The notes under the pieces were generated by a model. It searched no databases, was not told where the DNA came from, and saw nothing but the letters and a program-made list of their open reading frames with translations. The position numbers were made by a program, and so were the translations under genes. Below, one piece after another: positions 27,162-37,785 of a stretch of DNA of 64,000 bases. Position 1 is the stretch's first letter. Every line of letters starts with the position of its first letter. Source of the stretch: an uncultured virus (IMG/VR IMGVR_UViG_3300013741_000003) (taxonomy: Duplodnaviria > Heunggongvirae > Uroviricota > Caudoviricetes); IMG/VR virus record IMGVR_UViG_3300013741_000003; one strand, written 5' to 3'.

Positions 27162-28286
27162 TTACATAAACAATATATAATCATAACCCTCTTTGTAATA
27201 CTTTTCCTTTTCTGGTGTTAGATTTCCAAAATATTTTTCATAAAATTTTGCCTGATTTATTATTGGATTATCTTCTTCATTAACATCTTCTTCATCAACA
27301 TCTTTTTTATTCATCATATAATCTATAGTCATATAAATCGGAGTTCCTAAAACATAGTTACCTGCCATTTTTCTCACTGGATCTTCTACAGTAATATGAG
27401 CAAATGCATTTCCTATTTTAAATAACTCTTTTAGTTTATCATAATTTCCATTCTCATAATAAGTTTTTACTCTCTGATTTATTGAATTAACGACTTCATC
27501 ATTTTGCTTGTAAACTTTTTTTATTTCTGGACTATTATAATCATAATTCGTTTTCTTAATAACATCATTTATATTTTTTATATAACTCTTATCTATAAAA
27601 AAAGTTTGTCCATCAAATCCATTTTCAATTAATATTTGCTTTAAATTATCATACATCTTTTTGTCACTTTTATAATAAAAAGTATCATTTAAAATAAAAT
27701 TACTGTACACACTTTTCATTAATCTAACATCATTCAAATCTGCTTTATGTTTTGTATTTTTCTTATAAACTTCTTGGATTTTTTTATTAAACTCTGGATA
27801 CTTATTATTATCGAATACTTCTTTTTCAGAGTGATTTCTGGTTAATAATTCTAGTTCACTATAATATGCTATAGGATTATTTATCTTCATATTAACTGAC
27901 ATTATTCTATTTAAACTAACTCCAACCCCTTTATCAAACATAAATGCCTTTTGAAAAGCCGGATTATCACCCCCTTTATAACCATAAATATATTCAAAAG
28001 TTAACAGATCTCTTTTAAAATCAGCATCAGAATACGGAACAGCAGATATCATTTTTTTAAATGTGCTGTAATCATTTAATTTCGCATCATTTGCTACTTT
28101 ATAATCTACTATAAATGTTGTATGTTTTATATTGGCAGCAGTGATAGCTACATCATATGCAGCAATAGATCCAACAATCATAGCAAATCCCATAGCTATT
28201 GTTTTCAGTATACTTTTTTTCTTAAGTGTCTTATTCAAACTTCTAGATTTGGTTTCAAACTCTACTTTATTTTTTGTTTTTAACAT
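27162..28286 (-). CDS. membrane-anchored paralog family A member
   Basis: N-terminal half nearly identical to 25932-27026. Confidence 0.8.
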   Translation of the reverse strand: MLKTKNKVEFETKSRSLNKTLKKKSILKTIAMGFAMIVGSIAAYDVAITAANIKHTTFIVDYKVANDAKLNDYSTFKKMISAVPYSDADFKRDLLTFEYIYGYKGGDNPAFQKAFMFDKGVGVSLNRIMSVNMKINNPIAYYSELELLTRNHSEKEVFDNNKYPEFNKKIQEVYKKNTKHKADLNDVRLMKSVYSNFILNDTFYYKSDKKMYDNLKQILIENGFDGQTFFIDKSYIKNINDVIKKTNYDYNSPEIKKVYKQNDEVVNSINQRVKTYYENGNYDKLKELFKIGNAFAHITVEDPVRKMAGNYVLGTPIYMTIDYMMNKKDVDEEDVNEEDNPIINQAKFYEKYFGNLTPEKEKYYKEGYDYILFM

Positions 28287-28368
28287 ATTATCTCACCCAC
28301 TTATATTATTATATCAGTATAATATATGATTTATTTTTATACAATTATTTTAAAGCAGATTCACACTT

Positions 28369-29295
28369 TTACTTTATTCCGCTAATCTTAATAATATTTT
28401 TATATTGATCTTGCTCAACAAGAATAGTGTTAAATGATGTATCTATAATAATTTCGGCATCATCCTTTTTTGCCCTACCATTAAATACACATACCGTCCA
28501 AGCATCTGTTGTTATTCTACCTATTTTTTCATATCCTTCTGTAATCATTTTATTATTACTAGATTCATAATCATATTCTTTTTCATCCTCAAATAAATTA
28601 CCTATGATAATCTCTTCACCTTTTTTCCAAACAATCGGTGAACTATTACCTACATTAAAACGAGCAACATTCTTTTTAGCCCAACGTTTCATTTCGTTAT
28701 AATCACCAAGACTTGTCCCAAGCTGAGGTCCGTCAAAATTCATAGGGAGATTAATGCTTCTCATAAAGTTTGAAATACCTATTTTTCCATTAACTTTTAT
28801 TTTAACCTTAAACTCATTATCTAAATTAATACATTTATGATTATCTTTGTATACAACAAACTCTTTTTTCTCTAGGTCAAGAGCATAAAAATATCTTGAA
28901 GAGCATTCCCAGCAAAAATGTTCTTTATGAGAAGACTTCACTTGATTTTCATAAATAAAATCCATAATTTCATTTGAAATACCCATTATTAAACTATAGA
29001 ATATACTTATAATAATCATTTCGAAAAAATCTTCTTTAAAAAAAGAGGGATCTATCAACTCTTTTTTAATAGCATCATTTAAAGTAATATTTTGTTTTTC
29101 AAAAATAAGGTTATTATTTAATGTATTATCTACTTTATAATTAAGACCCTTAGCTATTTCTTTTATTTCATTTTTTATATTTGGATAATCATTAAATATA
29201 GCAGCAATGAATTGATGTTTACCAATGTATTCTTTTAAATCATGTTTTTCTATTAAAAATGTTAATCTATTTATAATTTCTTGCTTAATATTCAT
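28369..29295 (-). CDS. paralog family D member (CxxC)
   Basis: CWECS, VNGKIGISN.MRS and DAWT shared with 36587-37516. Confidence 0.75.
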   Translation of the reverse strand: MNIKQEIINRLTFLIEKHDLKEYIGKHQFIAAIFNDYPNIKNEIKEIAKGLNYKVDNTLNNNLIFEKQNITLNDAIKKELIDPSFFKEDFFEMIIISIFYSLIMGISNEIMDFIYENQVKSSHKEHFCWECSSRYFYALDLEKKEFVVYKDNHKCINLDNEFKVKIKVNGKIGISNFMRSINLPMNFDGPQLGTSLGDYNEMKRWAKKNVARFNVGNSSPIVWKKGEEIIIGNLFEDEKEYDYESSNNKMITEGYEKIGRITTDAWTVCVFNGRAKKDDAEIIIDTSFNTILVEQDQYKNIIKISGIK

Positions 29296-29306
29296 TTTAT
29301 ATCCTT

Positions 29307-29678
29307 TTATTTAAAGAAAAATGTATCTACTTGGAATAATAATTTAGCTTTATCTCTTTTAAAAATCAGTTGAGATAATCCTTGCCTTACATTTGAAGAA
29401 TCAATTTCATAAGTAGATAAAACAGCTCCAAGTTTTCCAAGCTGAATGCGCCAATAAGGATTGAACACCCATTTATGGTAATGTTCTACACTCTCAAATC
29501 CGAAAATATAGTGATAATCTGATAAATCATCAAAACGCAATTTAGGATCAAGATGAGGTAATGGATGAAGAGAGGTATCTTCAAAATCTTTTGTTACACG
29601 TTTCCATATGCTTTTTTCGGCATTCCTATAAATACCATCACCATTCGGCATTTCTAAGCGTAGAATTTGCATTAGCAT
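29307..29678 (-). CDS. phage hypothetical protein
   Basis: RLE...G.GIY, HPLP..D, FGFES. Confidence 0.65.
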   Translation of the reverse strand: MLMQILRLEMPNGDGIYRNAEKSIWKRVTKDFEDTSLHPLPHLDPKLRFDDLSDYHYIFGFESVEHYHKWVFNPYWRIQLGKLGAVLSTYEIDSSNVRQGLSQLIFKRDKAKLLFQVDTFFFK

Positions 29679-29687
29679 ACTATATCC

Positions 29688-29996
29688 TCAGACCCCATGA
29701 ATACTGATGATTCTATCTTTTGATACAGGCTCTAAACAAAATACCTCAAAACTAATAACAGAATGTAAAGTTAATCCAGAACCATTTACTGTTATCAACT
29801 GGATTTCTTCATCTTCCTCAAACAGTTCTCCAAGCCAGTTAGATAAACCTTCCTCTGCTTCTTCTATACTTGGAAAAAAATAAATTGCTGGTTGAGGCTC
29901 TCCTAATGCCATAGAATTTTTACCAATCAAAGGTTTAAAACCTTCTACAGCTATTTTGTCAGCATTCTTTTTACTGGTAATGTGATATAAGTTCAT
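29688..29996 (-). CDS. possible ADP-ribosyltransferase-fold protein
   Basis: LYHIT....I..EGFKP...AIYF. Confidence 0.45.
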   Translation of the reverse strand: MNLYHITSKKNADKIAVEGFKPLIGKNSMALGEPQPAIYFFPSIEEAEEGLSNWLGELFEEDEEIQLITVNGSGLTLHSVISFEVFCLEPVSKDRIISIHGV

Positions 29997-30058
29997 AACA
30001 CCCTCAAAATAAAAAAGCCCTTACTAATAAGAGCTAGTATAACAGCTTCTATTGTCAT

Positions 30059-31087
30059 TTAAAAGAAAATAGTGAGTTCAATATCGGGATCTTCAATATA
30101 GTCTTTCAAAAATGTAATACCTTTAATTTCATTGGATGTTAATTTAACTTTTTCTTTTCCAGTATGCTTTATTGCAAACTCTTCTATATCTTTCCTTTCA
30201 TCTTTATAACTTTCATATTCAAAAGCTTTTCTAATGTCTTTTAACGATATTTCTTGATGAATACTTACCTTATACTGCGTTTTAAAGAAACCTACCTCAC
30301 GTTTGTTATAGAGCGTTTCGTGGCTATTTTTGAATAACTCCCTCTTAAGTTTATTTGAAGAATGAACATCATTTAATGGCCTTTGACACAGTAAAATGGA
30401 ACACTCAAAGAAAATATTCATCATTATCATATCATCAAGTAAAACATTTAATGTCTCGCTATCATTTAGATTGTGGTTTAACTTAATATCAGCAAATGGA
30501 TGCCTTCCCGGTTCATTTATTAAATCTGTTGCGTATTCCTTTAATCCTCCGACATGAAGATCCATCATATATTCTTTAAATCTCTTTAACTCTTGAGCAC
30601 CTATTATACTTTTAGGTATATCTCTACTGTCTCTTAACTCTATGTAATGTTCAAAGCGTGGCATTATCGCCTTCAATGCCTTTTCTTTATGATAGTTAAC
30701 CATTTTATTATATAATTCAAAATGTATTAGACCTATTCTCAAATATCCAGTTTTCTTATGAGGGTATACCGTTATTGGTGTATTATCATGTAAAGATTCA
30801 AAAATATCACTAAATGTTAAGGCAGGATTATTTTGATTTTCACGAAGGACAGATAAAATATACTGAGATTTGATATCATCTTCAACCTCATATTCTCTAT
30901 GACTAATGTATCTTGCTGTTATGCTTAAGCCGCCTAGAATAGTTGAAATATCCCAAGGATAACAAATATTATCACTAAAAATAGGTGCCCCATATTTTCC
31001 TTCAGCAACTAAAAAGAATAACTTAACTTTACTACCTTCTGCTATTGGCGTGTTTGACAACATGCACATTTTATTAGAAAATCCCAT
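30059..31087 (-). CDS. hypothetical protein
   Basis: 342-aa ORF starting MGFSNKMCMLSNTPI. Confidence 0.75.
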   Translation of the reverse strand: MGFSNKMCMLSNTPIAEGSKVKLFFLVAEGKYGAPIFSDNICYPWDISTILGGLSITARYISHREYEVEDDIKSQYILSVLRENQNNPALTFSDIFESLHDNTPITVYPHKKTGYLRIGLIHFELYNKMVNYHKEKALKAIMPRFEHYIELRDSRDIPKSIIGAQELKRFKEYMMDLHVGGLKEYATDLINEPGRHPFADIKLNHNLNDSETLNVLLDDMIMMNIFFECSILLCQRPLNDVHSSNKLKRELFKNSHETLYNKREVGFFKTQYKVSIHQEISLKDIRKAFEYESYKDERKDIEEFAIKHTGKEKVKLTSNEIKGITFLKDYIEDPDIELTIFF

Positions 31088-31143
31088 ATATTTTCCTATA
31101 TATTAAGTTAATAAAAAGCTCTGCATCAGCAGAGCTTATATGA

Positions 31144-31413
31144 TTAGCGCCCTTTTAGAAAGCGCTTTGAGTTTTTCGTAAAATCTTTGTAATCTTTTCG
31201 AGTTCTACCGGGATAAAAAGGCGGCTCTATACTATATTTTCCTTTAATATTAAAGAAATTAACATCAGAAAGAGTTTCAAAATCAAAACCCATCATTTTT
31301 TCAACTTTTATATTTTTCTCTTGTAGTGATTTTATGAGATTTTTACCAATAATTCCATCTCTAGAACCACTTCCAATTACTAAAATCTTATTCATAGTAT
31401 TATTATCTGACAT
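31144..31413 (-). CDS. hypothetical protein
   Basis: 89-aa ORF with SD and terminator. Confidence 0.55.
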   Translation of the reverse strand: MSDNNTMNKILVIGSGSRDGIIGKNLIKSLQEKNIKVEKMMGFDFETLSDVNFFNIKGKYSIEPPFYPGRTRKDYKDFTKNSKRFLKGR

Positions 31414-31468
31414 AATATTTATCCTGATTGAATTTATGAAATATTATAACACCACTTTATAATGACAA

Positions 31469-32119
31469 TCAAACATTGCTCGCTTTTTCTTTTAATCTGA
31501 GTTCTCTCTCTTCTGTTATACAATCAACATCTCTTATTTCATTATCAACAATCCACGATAGCTTTATAAAAATAGGAATGGATTCTTTTTTAACATATAT
31601 CTCACTTTCCATATCACCATTGGTGTAATCCATACGAGAACGCATTGTTTCAATAAAATCAATATCATCTAAAGATACTTTAGCGTAAACAACCAAGTCA
31701 ACTGGATTGCTTTCTGATAACGATCCATTGTATGCCTCTGGCTGTAAAGTAGTCCAAAAACGACCAATATCAATATCTTTCTCCTGACATTGAGTTAATG
31801 TTTCATTACTGCAGAAAATCTTTCTTTTTATAATATATAATCCATCATCTGAACGACAACTCAACAGATCCTTTTCTAACCATTCTTTAGCATATCTGAA
31901 ACGAACAGGAAGCCATTCTCTAAAATGTTTCTGGAATGACTCACTCTTTAAAACATCAAAAAAATGAACATCATATTCTCTGAACTCTTCTGGAAAATCA
32001 TCATTTTCATGATTATCATCTATGTATTGCTCAATACAGGCTCCATGCTCACTCCATTGACCTGTTTTAAAAATTTCACTGATATACTCTTCGGTTAAAA
32101 ATTCTTCTTGTGTAATCAT
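31469..32119 (-). CDS. acidic hypothetical protein
   Basis: 216-aa ORF. Confidence 0.7.
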   Translation of the reverse strand: MITQEEFLTEEYISEIFKTGQWSEHGACIEQYIDDNHENDDFPEEFREYDVHFFDVLKSESFQKHFREWLPVRFRYAKEWLEKDLLSCRSDDGLYIIKRKIFCSNETLTQCQEKDIDIGRFWTTLQPEAYNGSLSESNPVDLVVYAKVSLDDIDFIETMRSRMDYTNGDMESEIYVKKESIPIFIKLSWIVDNEIRDVDCITEERELRLKEKASNV

Positions 32120-32174
32120 TTTTATTCTCTTTTTTATGAAAAAAAAAAGGCGACTCGCGCCGCCTTCTCATTCA

Positions 32175-32309
32175 TCACTCAAAGGACTTGCCTTTGTGCT
32201 TATCTTTACGCATAAGCTTTGCGTTTTTCTTACGGTCTACTTGTGTCTTAGAAGCAAACAGAGTCTGCATAACCATAGACTTAGCACCGTTCAGTTTTAC
32301 TTCGTTCAT
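32175..32309 (-). CDS. ArfA-like basic peptide (44 aa), absent from ORF track
   Basis: MNEVKLNGAKSMVMQTLFASKTQVDRKKNAKLMRKDKHKGKSFE; GGAG SD, TTGCAA-N17-TATATT promoter, own terminator. Confidence 0.6.
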   Translation of the reverse strand: MNEVKLNGAKSMVMQTLFASKTQVDRKKNAKLMRKDKHKGKSFE

Positions 32310-32484
32310 TTTATTCTCCAAAGAAAAGTTTAGTATATTGCTTCAATAAACATAATATAACATTCCATGTTGTCACTTGCAACTGTTTTTTTATTTATTT
32401 TATCTTTCGGAGAGAAACAAGCTAATGTGTAATATTTTATACATTAACTATGATTTTAAGAGATAATGAGTAATATTTTATACA

Positions 32485-32802
32485 TTATCCTACTTTATTT
32501 ACTTCACCTTCCCTCCATTCAGGCGAATGCATTTCAAGGTATTCAAACGGATCGTAACCACTAGAATGCATATCCATTTCAATCAGTGCGTTAACTTTTT
32601 CCTGTTCTTCTGTTTTTACCTCAAATGAAATTTCATTAAAATCACAATAAACTTCTGAATGTTTACCAAGAATCTCACCAAAATAGACTTGTGGATTCAG
32701 TTTTTTAGCAAGCTCAAAATCCTCTTTGCTTACAAGAAAAACACCTTTCACTTTACCACAACGACCATAATCCAAGCTCATCGAAACAATCATATTCGTC
32801 AT
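32485..32802 (-). CDS. phage hypothetical protein
   Basis: DYGRCG..GVF and YFGEILGKHSEV motifs. Confidence 0.7.
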   Translation of the reverse strand: MTNMIVSMSLDYGRCGKVKGVFLVSKEDFELAKKLNPQVYFGEILGKHSEVYCDFNEISFEVKTEEQEKVNALIEMDMHSSGYDPFEYLEMHSPEWREGEVNKVG

Positions 32803-33034
32803 TCATTCTTCCTCTTGTTTAAAGTAGTATTTTACCATTTATCATAGATTGGAATCAATCGTTTTATAGGTATAAAAATCCGTTTTCATGACTATTTTAT
32901 ATATTAAGTTTTACCTATATTTTATTTTATAAAAGATTGCACTAACTATATTTATTATAAAGGCATAAAACACCTTTGATTTTACCTGCATTTATAGTAT
33001 AATGAATCATCAAAAACATCATAGGAGTTAGATT

Positions 33035-33493
33035 ATGTTTGGATTTAAAATGAGATACGATATTAACCTCACCGTTAATCATGATAACGAAGAAAGCGCT
33101 ATTATCTTCTGTAATCTCTTAAAACAATCTTTTGGGCTTGCTGCAGCAGGTAAAGACCCAAATGAAAATACAAACAAAATCGCATTTTCTATGAGTAGTG
33201 ATGTAGAGCAAACAAATAAAAACCTGCAAAATATTCAGATTGTTATGCTTTTGTTGGCTAATAAAATGGATAAAGCTGAACAAGGATATCCTAAAGTTAG
33301 CGGTTTTATGACAGCTAAACCTATTTTTGAAATGGATTATGAAACTATTGGACTTTCAAGTATGATGGATAGTGAAACGAAAGATGATTTCAATGTAGTT
33401 ATTCGAGATAATATATTTTTTAGACCTTACGGTATTGAACCAATGTTTAAAAATGTTATTCAGTTAATCAAAGAGCAAAACGAAGTTCATTAA
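33035..33493 (+). CDS. hypothetical protein
   Basis: AGGAG SD; TTGATT-N17-TATAAT upstream. Confidence 0.65.
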   Translation: MFGFKMRYDINLTVNHDNEESAIIFCNLLKQSFGLAAAGKDPNENTNKIAFSMSSDVEQTNKNLQNIQIVMLLLANKMDKAEQGYPKVSGFMTAKPIFEMDYETIGLSSMMDSETKDDFNVVIRDNIFFRPYGIEPMFKNVIQLIKEQNEVH

Positions 33494-33508
33494 TGATAAA
33501 AAAGCCTC

Positions 33509-34207
33509 TCATGAGGCTTTTCTTTTTTTGAAAGAGTAGTTATCAAATCCTTTACTATCTCGTTTATCTTTATCTGAAATTTCTATCGTTTCTTTTTCTT
33601 GTGAACCAAGAACACCACCAATATACATTTCAATCTCTTGATAGATTCCATAAGCATCAAGCTTAAATGATTTCGTCAAGTTCTTTAATACAGGATAAGT
33701 AATAATGGAACAACCTTCTGTCATAAAGTAAGGCACACCAATTTCACTAAAAATATCCGCTTTAATTTCTACAGATAAACAATCTTTCACTAACTGTTCA
33801 TACTTTTTAATTTTATCTTCTGCATACTTGCCAGAACCAAATCTAATATCTCTTTTTTCTGCCTCATTAATAAGCTCTTGAATACTACTAAAATAAATAG
33901 CATCTGAACGATTCTCTATCCTAACACTTCCATTACCGACTTGTTTAAAATGATAGCTGGAGTTGAAAATAGAAAAAAGAGGATATACCTTACCACAAAA
34001 GTAAAGAAAATCTATGGCTGCAATACGATTCATTGAATCTACGACACTTCGACCATATGAAGCTGCCACTTGAATTGTTTTATAAGGAAGCTCGGTTTTT
34101 AAGCTCGATTGCTCAATAACCTCTGACTGTCTTTTTAATAAAATACTATCATCATAAAAAGCACTTGCTGAATCATAATGATCGTGAAATTTAGAAATAA
34201 TTTTCAT
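33509..34207 (-). CDS. phage hypothetical protein
   Basis: MKIISKFHDHYD...YQEIEMY...KGFDNYSF. Confidence 0.75.
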   Translation of the reverse strand: MKIISKFHDHYDSASAFYDDSILLKRQSEVIEQSSLKTELPYKTIQVAASYGRSVVDSMNRIAAIDFLYFCGKVYPLFSIFNSSYHFKQVGNGSVRIENRSDAIYFSSIQELINEAEKRDIRFGSGKYAEDKIKKYEQLVKDCLSVEIKADIFSEIGVPYFMTEGCSIITYPVLKNLTKSFKLDAYGIYQEIEMYIGGVLGSQEKETIEISDKDKRDSKGFDNYSFKKRKAS

Positions 34208-34225
34208 TTTTCCCTTCTTTTAAAT

Positions 34226-34429
34226 TTATTGTAGAGTTAGCTCATCTTCAAATGCATGTTCATCCTTACCATCTACAGTAGTAATAACATACATTGGGCC
34301 AACATCTTCTTTATCATAAAGATCTCTACTCAGTTCATCTTTTACAATAGCACTTACTACAGCACCATTTCTTTCAGAATCAGTAGATTTAAATAAAACA
34401 GAATCACCAGCTTTAAATTCGTTTTTCAT
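34226..34429 (-). CDS. small SH3/KOW-like hypothetical protein
   Basis: FKAGDSV...AFEDEL; GGAGG SD. Confidence 0.6.
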   Translation of the reverse strand: MKNEFKAGDSVLFKSTDSERNGAVVSAIVKDELSRDLYDKEDVGPMYVITTVDGKDEHAFEDELTLQ

Positions 34430-34606
34430 TAGTCCTCCTTATCTTCAATAATATGCTTAACTTCTTTGAAAGCAGATTGACGAGCAGTTTTACGATTGCT
34501 CTTGTCTACTACAGCACGGCAGTTCTTTTTAGGGCCAGATTTAGTTGTGCAGCAACCATATTTACATTCGATTTTATCTCGACGAGAATGACCATATGCT
34601 TTCATA

Positions 34607-35230
34607 TTATTTTATCCTCTTTTGGAATTTTAGCCATTCCTTTTCAATCACTGAATAAGGAATGTATAAAGAAACTTCAAACTCTTGCCCTGTTTTTGCT
34701 GATGTTAAAATAGTATTCCCAATAACCATACCTATAACATTACCATTATTTCCAAATACAGGACCTCCAGATTGCCCTTGTATAACTTTAGCATTAGAGG
34801 CATATACGAGAGCATTAACTTGTTCTTTTTTGTATGGCACACTTTCTATTTTATTGTTTGATACATAATACTTTAAATGTAAATCTTGCCCTTTAGAAAT
34901 AATCGTTTTACTTCCCGGACTATTTCCAACAATCGTGATATCTTCATAAGGAACACGTTCTCTCCATTTGGGAGTAAGGCTTTTACCTTTATATTTCACG
35001 AACTGTAAATCACAATTTTCAGAGCATTTATATTTGCTCCCTTGAACAAAATCAAGGTGCTTAGCTGTAACAATATAATCATCATTCCATCTTACAGCAC
35101 TTCCGTATTGATTAACAGTAATACTATTCCCATTTTCTTCAACTAAATGAGAAGCTTCTATTTTTAGATAATCATTATCTGCTAACACACCAAAAGAGAT
35201 AATCATTAAAAATAAAAAGATTTTACTCAA
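34607..35230 (-). CDS. secreted trypsin-like serine protease
   Basis: signal peptide, VTAKH, DL, GQSGGP; start revised to TTG at 35230 because a promoter overlaps the ATG at 35278. Confidence 0.85.
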   Translation of the reverse strand: MSKIFLFLMIISFGVLADNDYLKIEASHLVEENGNSITVNQYGSAVRWNDDYIVTAKHLDFVQGSKYKCSENCDLQFVKYKGKSLTPKWRERVPYEDITIVGNSPGSKTIISKGQDLHLKYYVSNNKIESVPYKKEQVNALVYASNAKVIQGQSGGPVFGNNGNVIGMVIGNTILTSAKTGQEFEVSLYIPYSVIEKEWLKFQKRIK

Positions 35231-35400
35231 TATCCTATTCCTTATAAAATAAGCTAATAAATTTATTAAGACAATCATTATACTTCATTTTTATATTATG
35301 CACAACTTTTTTTACTCTAGGGAAGATATAAAAGGGAACATAGATAATAGACTAACTATGGAATTTTGTTATTTTAAAGGGGCCTAAGCCCCTTTAATTA

Positions 35401-35895
35401 TTATGCAGCAATATTTTCTCTTTCCTTTGCTCTTTTTTCTTGAGCTAATACTTTTTCTAACTTAGATTTCTCGCAGTTACACTTAGTACACATCGTTGTT
35501 GTATTGGTACCATCATCCGCTCCACCCAGCACACGAGCAAGGGTATGATCATGAGTAAAAAGTATTTCTTCACCTTCTTCGTTTACTCCCCAAAGATTTA
35601 AGTGATAGCTTCCCTGTGCTGGCTTACCTTTTTTACCAGCATTTCGCTCAAAAGCAAAATAAGAAGCTTTCAGACCGCAACATGAGCAAGTAGTTCCTTT
35701 TTGGAAAAAGGTTAACAAACGAAGAGAGGTTAAGTGAACTTCCACACCATCTAAAATTTGTCTTTTGCTTTTATGCCCGTTTTTAAGAGCTTCAAAAAAC
35801 CCCCTTTCTTTCAGATAATCAACCTGAACACCGATTGCACTCATGGTTTCTTCAATGCTAATTTTTTTCAATCTGTCGTATGCTTGACCTGACAT
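35401..35895 (-). CDS. HNH endonuclease
   Basis: CSCCG and THDH..ARVLGG....N...MCTKCN. Confidence 0.8.
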   Translation of the reverse strand: MSGQAYDRLKKISIEETMSAIGVQVDYLKERGFFEALKNGHKSKRQILDGVEVHLTSLRLLTFFQKGTTCSCCGLKASYFAFERNAGKKGKPAQGSYHLNLWGVNEEGEEILFTHDHTLARVLGGADDGTNTTTMCTKCNCEKSKLEKVLAQEKRAKERENIAA

Positions 35896-35996
35896 TTTGC
35901 AATCCTCTTAACTTTTCGTGTTTAGTGATTATAGTATAAATCTTTGTTCTTGCATAGCATTATTATTTAAAAATAAAAACACCTCCGAAGAGGTGC

Positions 35997-36578
35997 TTAA
36001 AATTTTACTACGCTTTCATCAGTTGCTCGTAGACTGTTATGATAAACCTGAATCTCATTCCCATCGCTAGTCTTTATACTGTAAAGAGCTTCCTGTTTTA
36101 TAGCATTCCTGATTTTTCTGCTTATTACTTCTCCTGTTCCATGAACTACAGTATTATTATCCTTTATTGTGTATTTAACTTTATGACCTATATCAGGAAG
36201 GTTCCTTTTTGCTTCCTGCTCATGATACAGATTTGTGTAAATATGATTTCTTTTAATATTTCCCATATTGGCAATTTGAGCATTTTTACTCACTCTTTTA
36301 TTGTCTAAAAGAAAAATTGTATCTTCTGGTTTCTTTCCATAAAAACTATGAACCGGATAATACTCACCATTTTCACATTCTATAGCATAAAGCCTGTGGC
36401 TTCTAAATAAATTTTTTCCGGGTTCTACTATTTTTACATCCCTTACCTTACCAACACCCGCAACAATCAAATCGTCTTTTTTAGTAGTAAACTTAACCTT
36501 ATCCCCAATACGAGGAACAGTTTCTAACATTTCTTCATCAGTAATGTAAACAACTTCTTTTTTCAAAATATCTGTCAT
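35997..36578 (-). CDS. protein with two SH3/KOW-like repeats
   Basis: PRIGDKVKF..GVGKV and PDIGHKVKY..GTGEV. Confidence 0.65.
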   Translation of the reverse strand: MTDILKKEVVYITDEEMLETVPRIGDKVKFTTKKDDLIVAGVGKVRDVKIVEPGKNLFRSHRLYAIECENGEYYPVHSFYGKKPEDTIFLLDNKRVSKNAQIANMGNIKRNHIYTNLYHEQEAKRNLPDIGHKVKYTIKDNNTVVHGTGEVISRKIRNAIKQEALYSIKTSDGNEIQVYHNSLRATDESVVKF

Positions 36579-36586
36579 AATGACTC

Positions 36587-37516
36587 CTATTTTAATCCTG
36601 TAATTTTTATTGAGCCTGTTTTCAGATTGTGCTCAACCATAACCGTTTTATAGGGTGTATCAATAATAAGACTTGCCTCATCCTCTTTCGCCTTACCATT
36701 AAAAATATGGATAGTCCATGCATCAATAATAACATAACCCATATCACTATAACCATTATCTTTCATCATTTTTATTTCTTTTTCGTAATCATTATCTTTA
36801 TAAATATTTCCCACTACGATTTCATCATCCTTCATCCAAACATGAAGATCTTGATGTCCTACAAAACATCTGGATATATTATGTTTCGCCCATTGTTTTA
36901 TTTCTAATACCTTCCCAAGTTTAGAGCTTATGCTTGGAGCATTAACATCAACTTCTGGAGAAAAACTTCTCATAACATTAGAAAAACCAATTTTCCCATT
37001 TACTCTTACTTTTGTTTTTATAATTTCTGGAACTTCTACGCATTTATGCTTACCATTAAATGGAACTATTTTTGATTCTTTTAAATCCAAACCATAATAA
37101 TATACACTGCCACATTCCCGGCATGTTTTAGTTTTCATGCTACAAAGAATATCATTATTACCAATAAGTTTGATATACTCATCACTTTCATTATTTATAA
37201 TACTAAAAAGGCATTGAGTAACTTTAAAACGTATAATATCTAAAGAAAAAAGCTCTTTATTTAAAATACACATATTCTCAAGCTCTTCAAGAGTATAATA
37301 TCTATCATCGAAAAAGATATTATTTTTAGCTAATATGGATTCTATTTTCGATTTAAGCTCTAAGGAAATATCTTTAAGTTTTTCTATTACCCCTTCTTTT
37401 TCTGCAACTTCTTTTAAAGATATACCTTTTTGTAGATTATATTCTTTTATGAGTTCTTTAAGCTTTTCAATAAAATCAGATTTAATATTCATTTTTAACC
37501 TTATAAATAAGTGCAA
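36587..37516 (-). CDS. paralog family D member (TAG stop)
   Basis: CRECG, VNGKIGFSN.MRS, DAWT; start likely MNIKSD. Confidence 0.75.
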   Translation of the reverse strand: MHLFIRLKMNIKSDFIEKLKELIKEYNLQKGISLKEVAEKEGVIEKLKDISLELKSKIESILAKNNIFFDDRYYTLEELENMCILNKELFSLDIIRFKVTQCLFSIINNESDEYIKLIGNNDILCSMKTKTCRECGSVYYYGLDLKESKIVPFNGKHKCVEVPEIIKTKVRVNGKIGFSNVMRSFSPEVDVNAPSISSKLGKVLEIKQWAKHNISRCFVGHQDLHVWMKDDEIVVGNIYKDNDYEKEIKMMKDNGYSDMGYVIIDAWTIHIFNGKAKEDEASLIIDTPYKTVMVEHNLKTGSIKITGLK

Positions 37517-37785
37517 CCAGCTAAAGAACCATCACTTTTTTTCTGGCAATATCTGTAATATTGTGGATTATCTGATTTACTTCCTTCTGCTTGAGGAGTG
37601 TAACTCAATACATAATTGCCACAATCATAAAAAGTGGATTTATCGTTTGAAACAACCACCTCACACACTTTTCTTTTTTCTTCATTTGATGAAGAAGCAG
37701 CATCTGCAGCGGCACTTAAAATAATTGCTGAAGCCCAAGACTGAAAGGACATCATTAAAAAAACAATAGCAATAACTTTTTTCAT
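37501..37785 (-). CDS. small secreted Cys-containing protein
   Basis: signal peptide, four Cys. Confidence 0.6.
   Translation of the reverse strand: MKKVIAIVFLMMSFQSWASAIILSAAADAASSSNEEKRKVCEVVVSNDKSTFYDCGNYVLSYTPQAEGSKSDNPQYYRYCQKKSDGSLAGCTYL

Noticed and set aside
32136..32333. 65-aa plus-strand ORF
   Set aside because: Starts in a terminator A-run; the minus-strand ArfA-like ORF has the SD, promoter and terminator.
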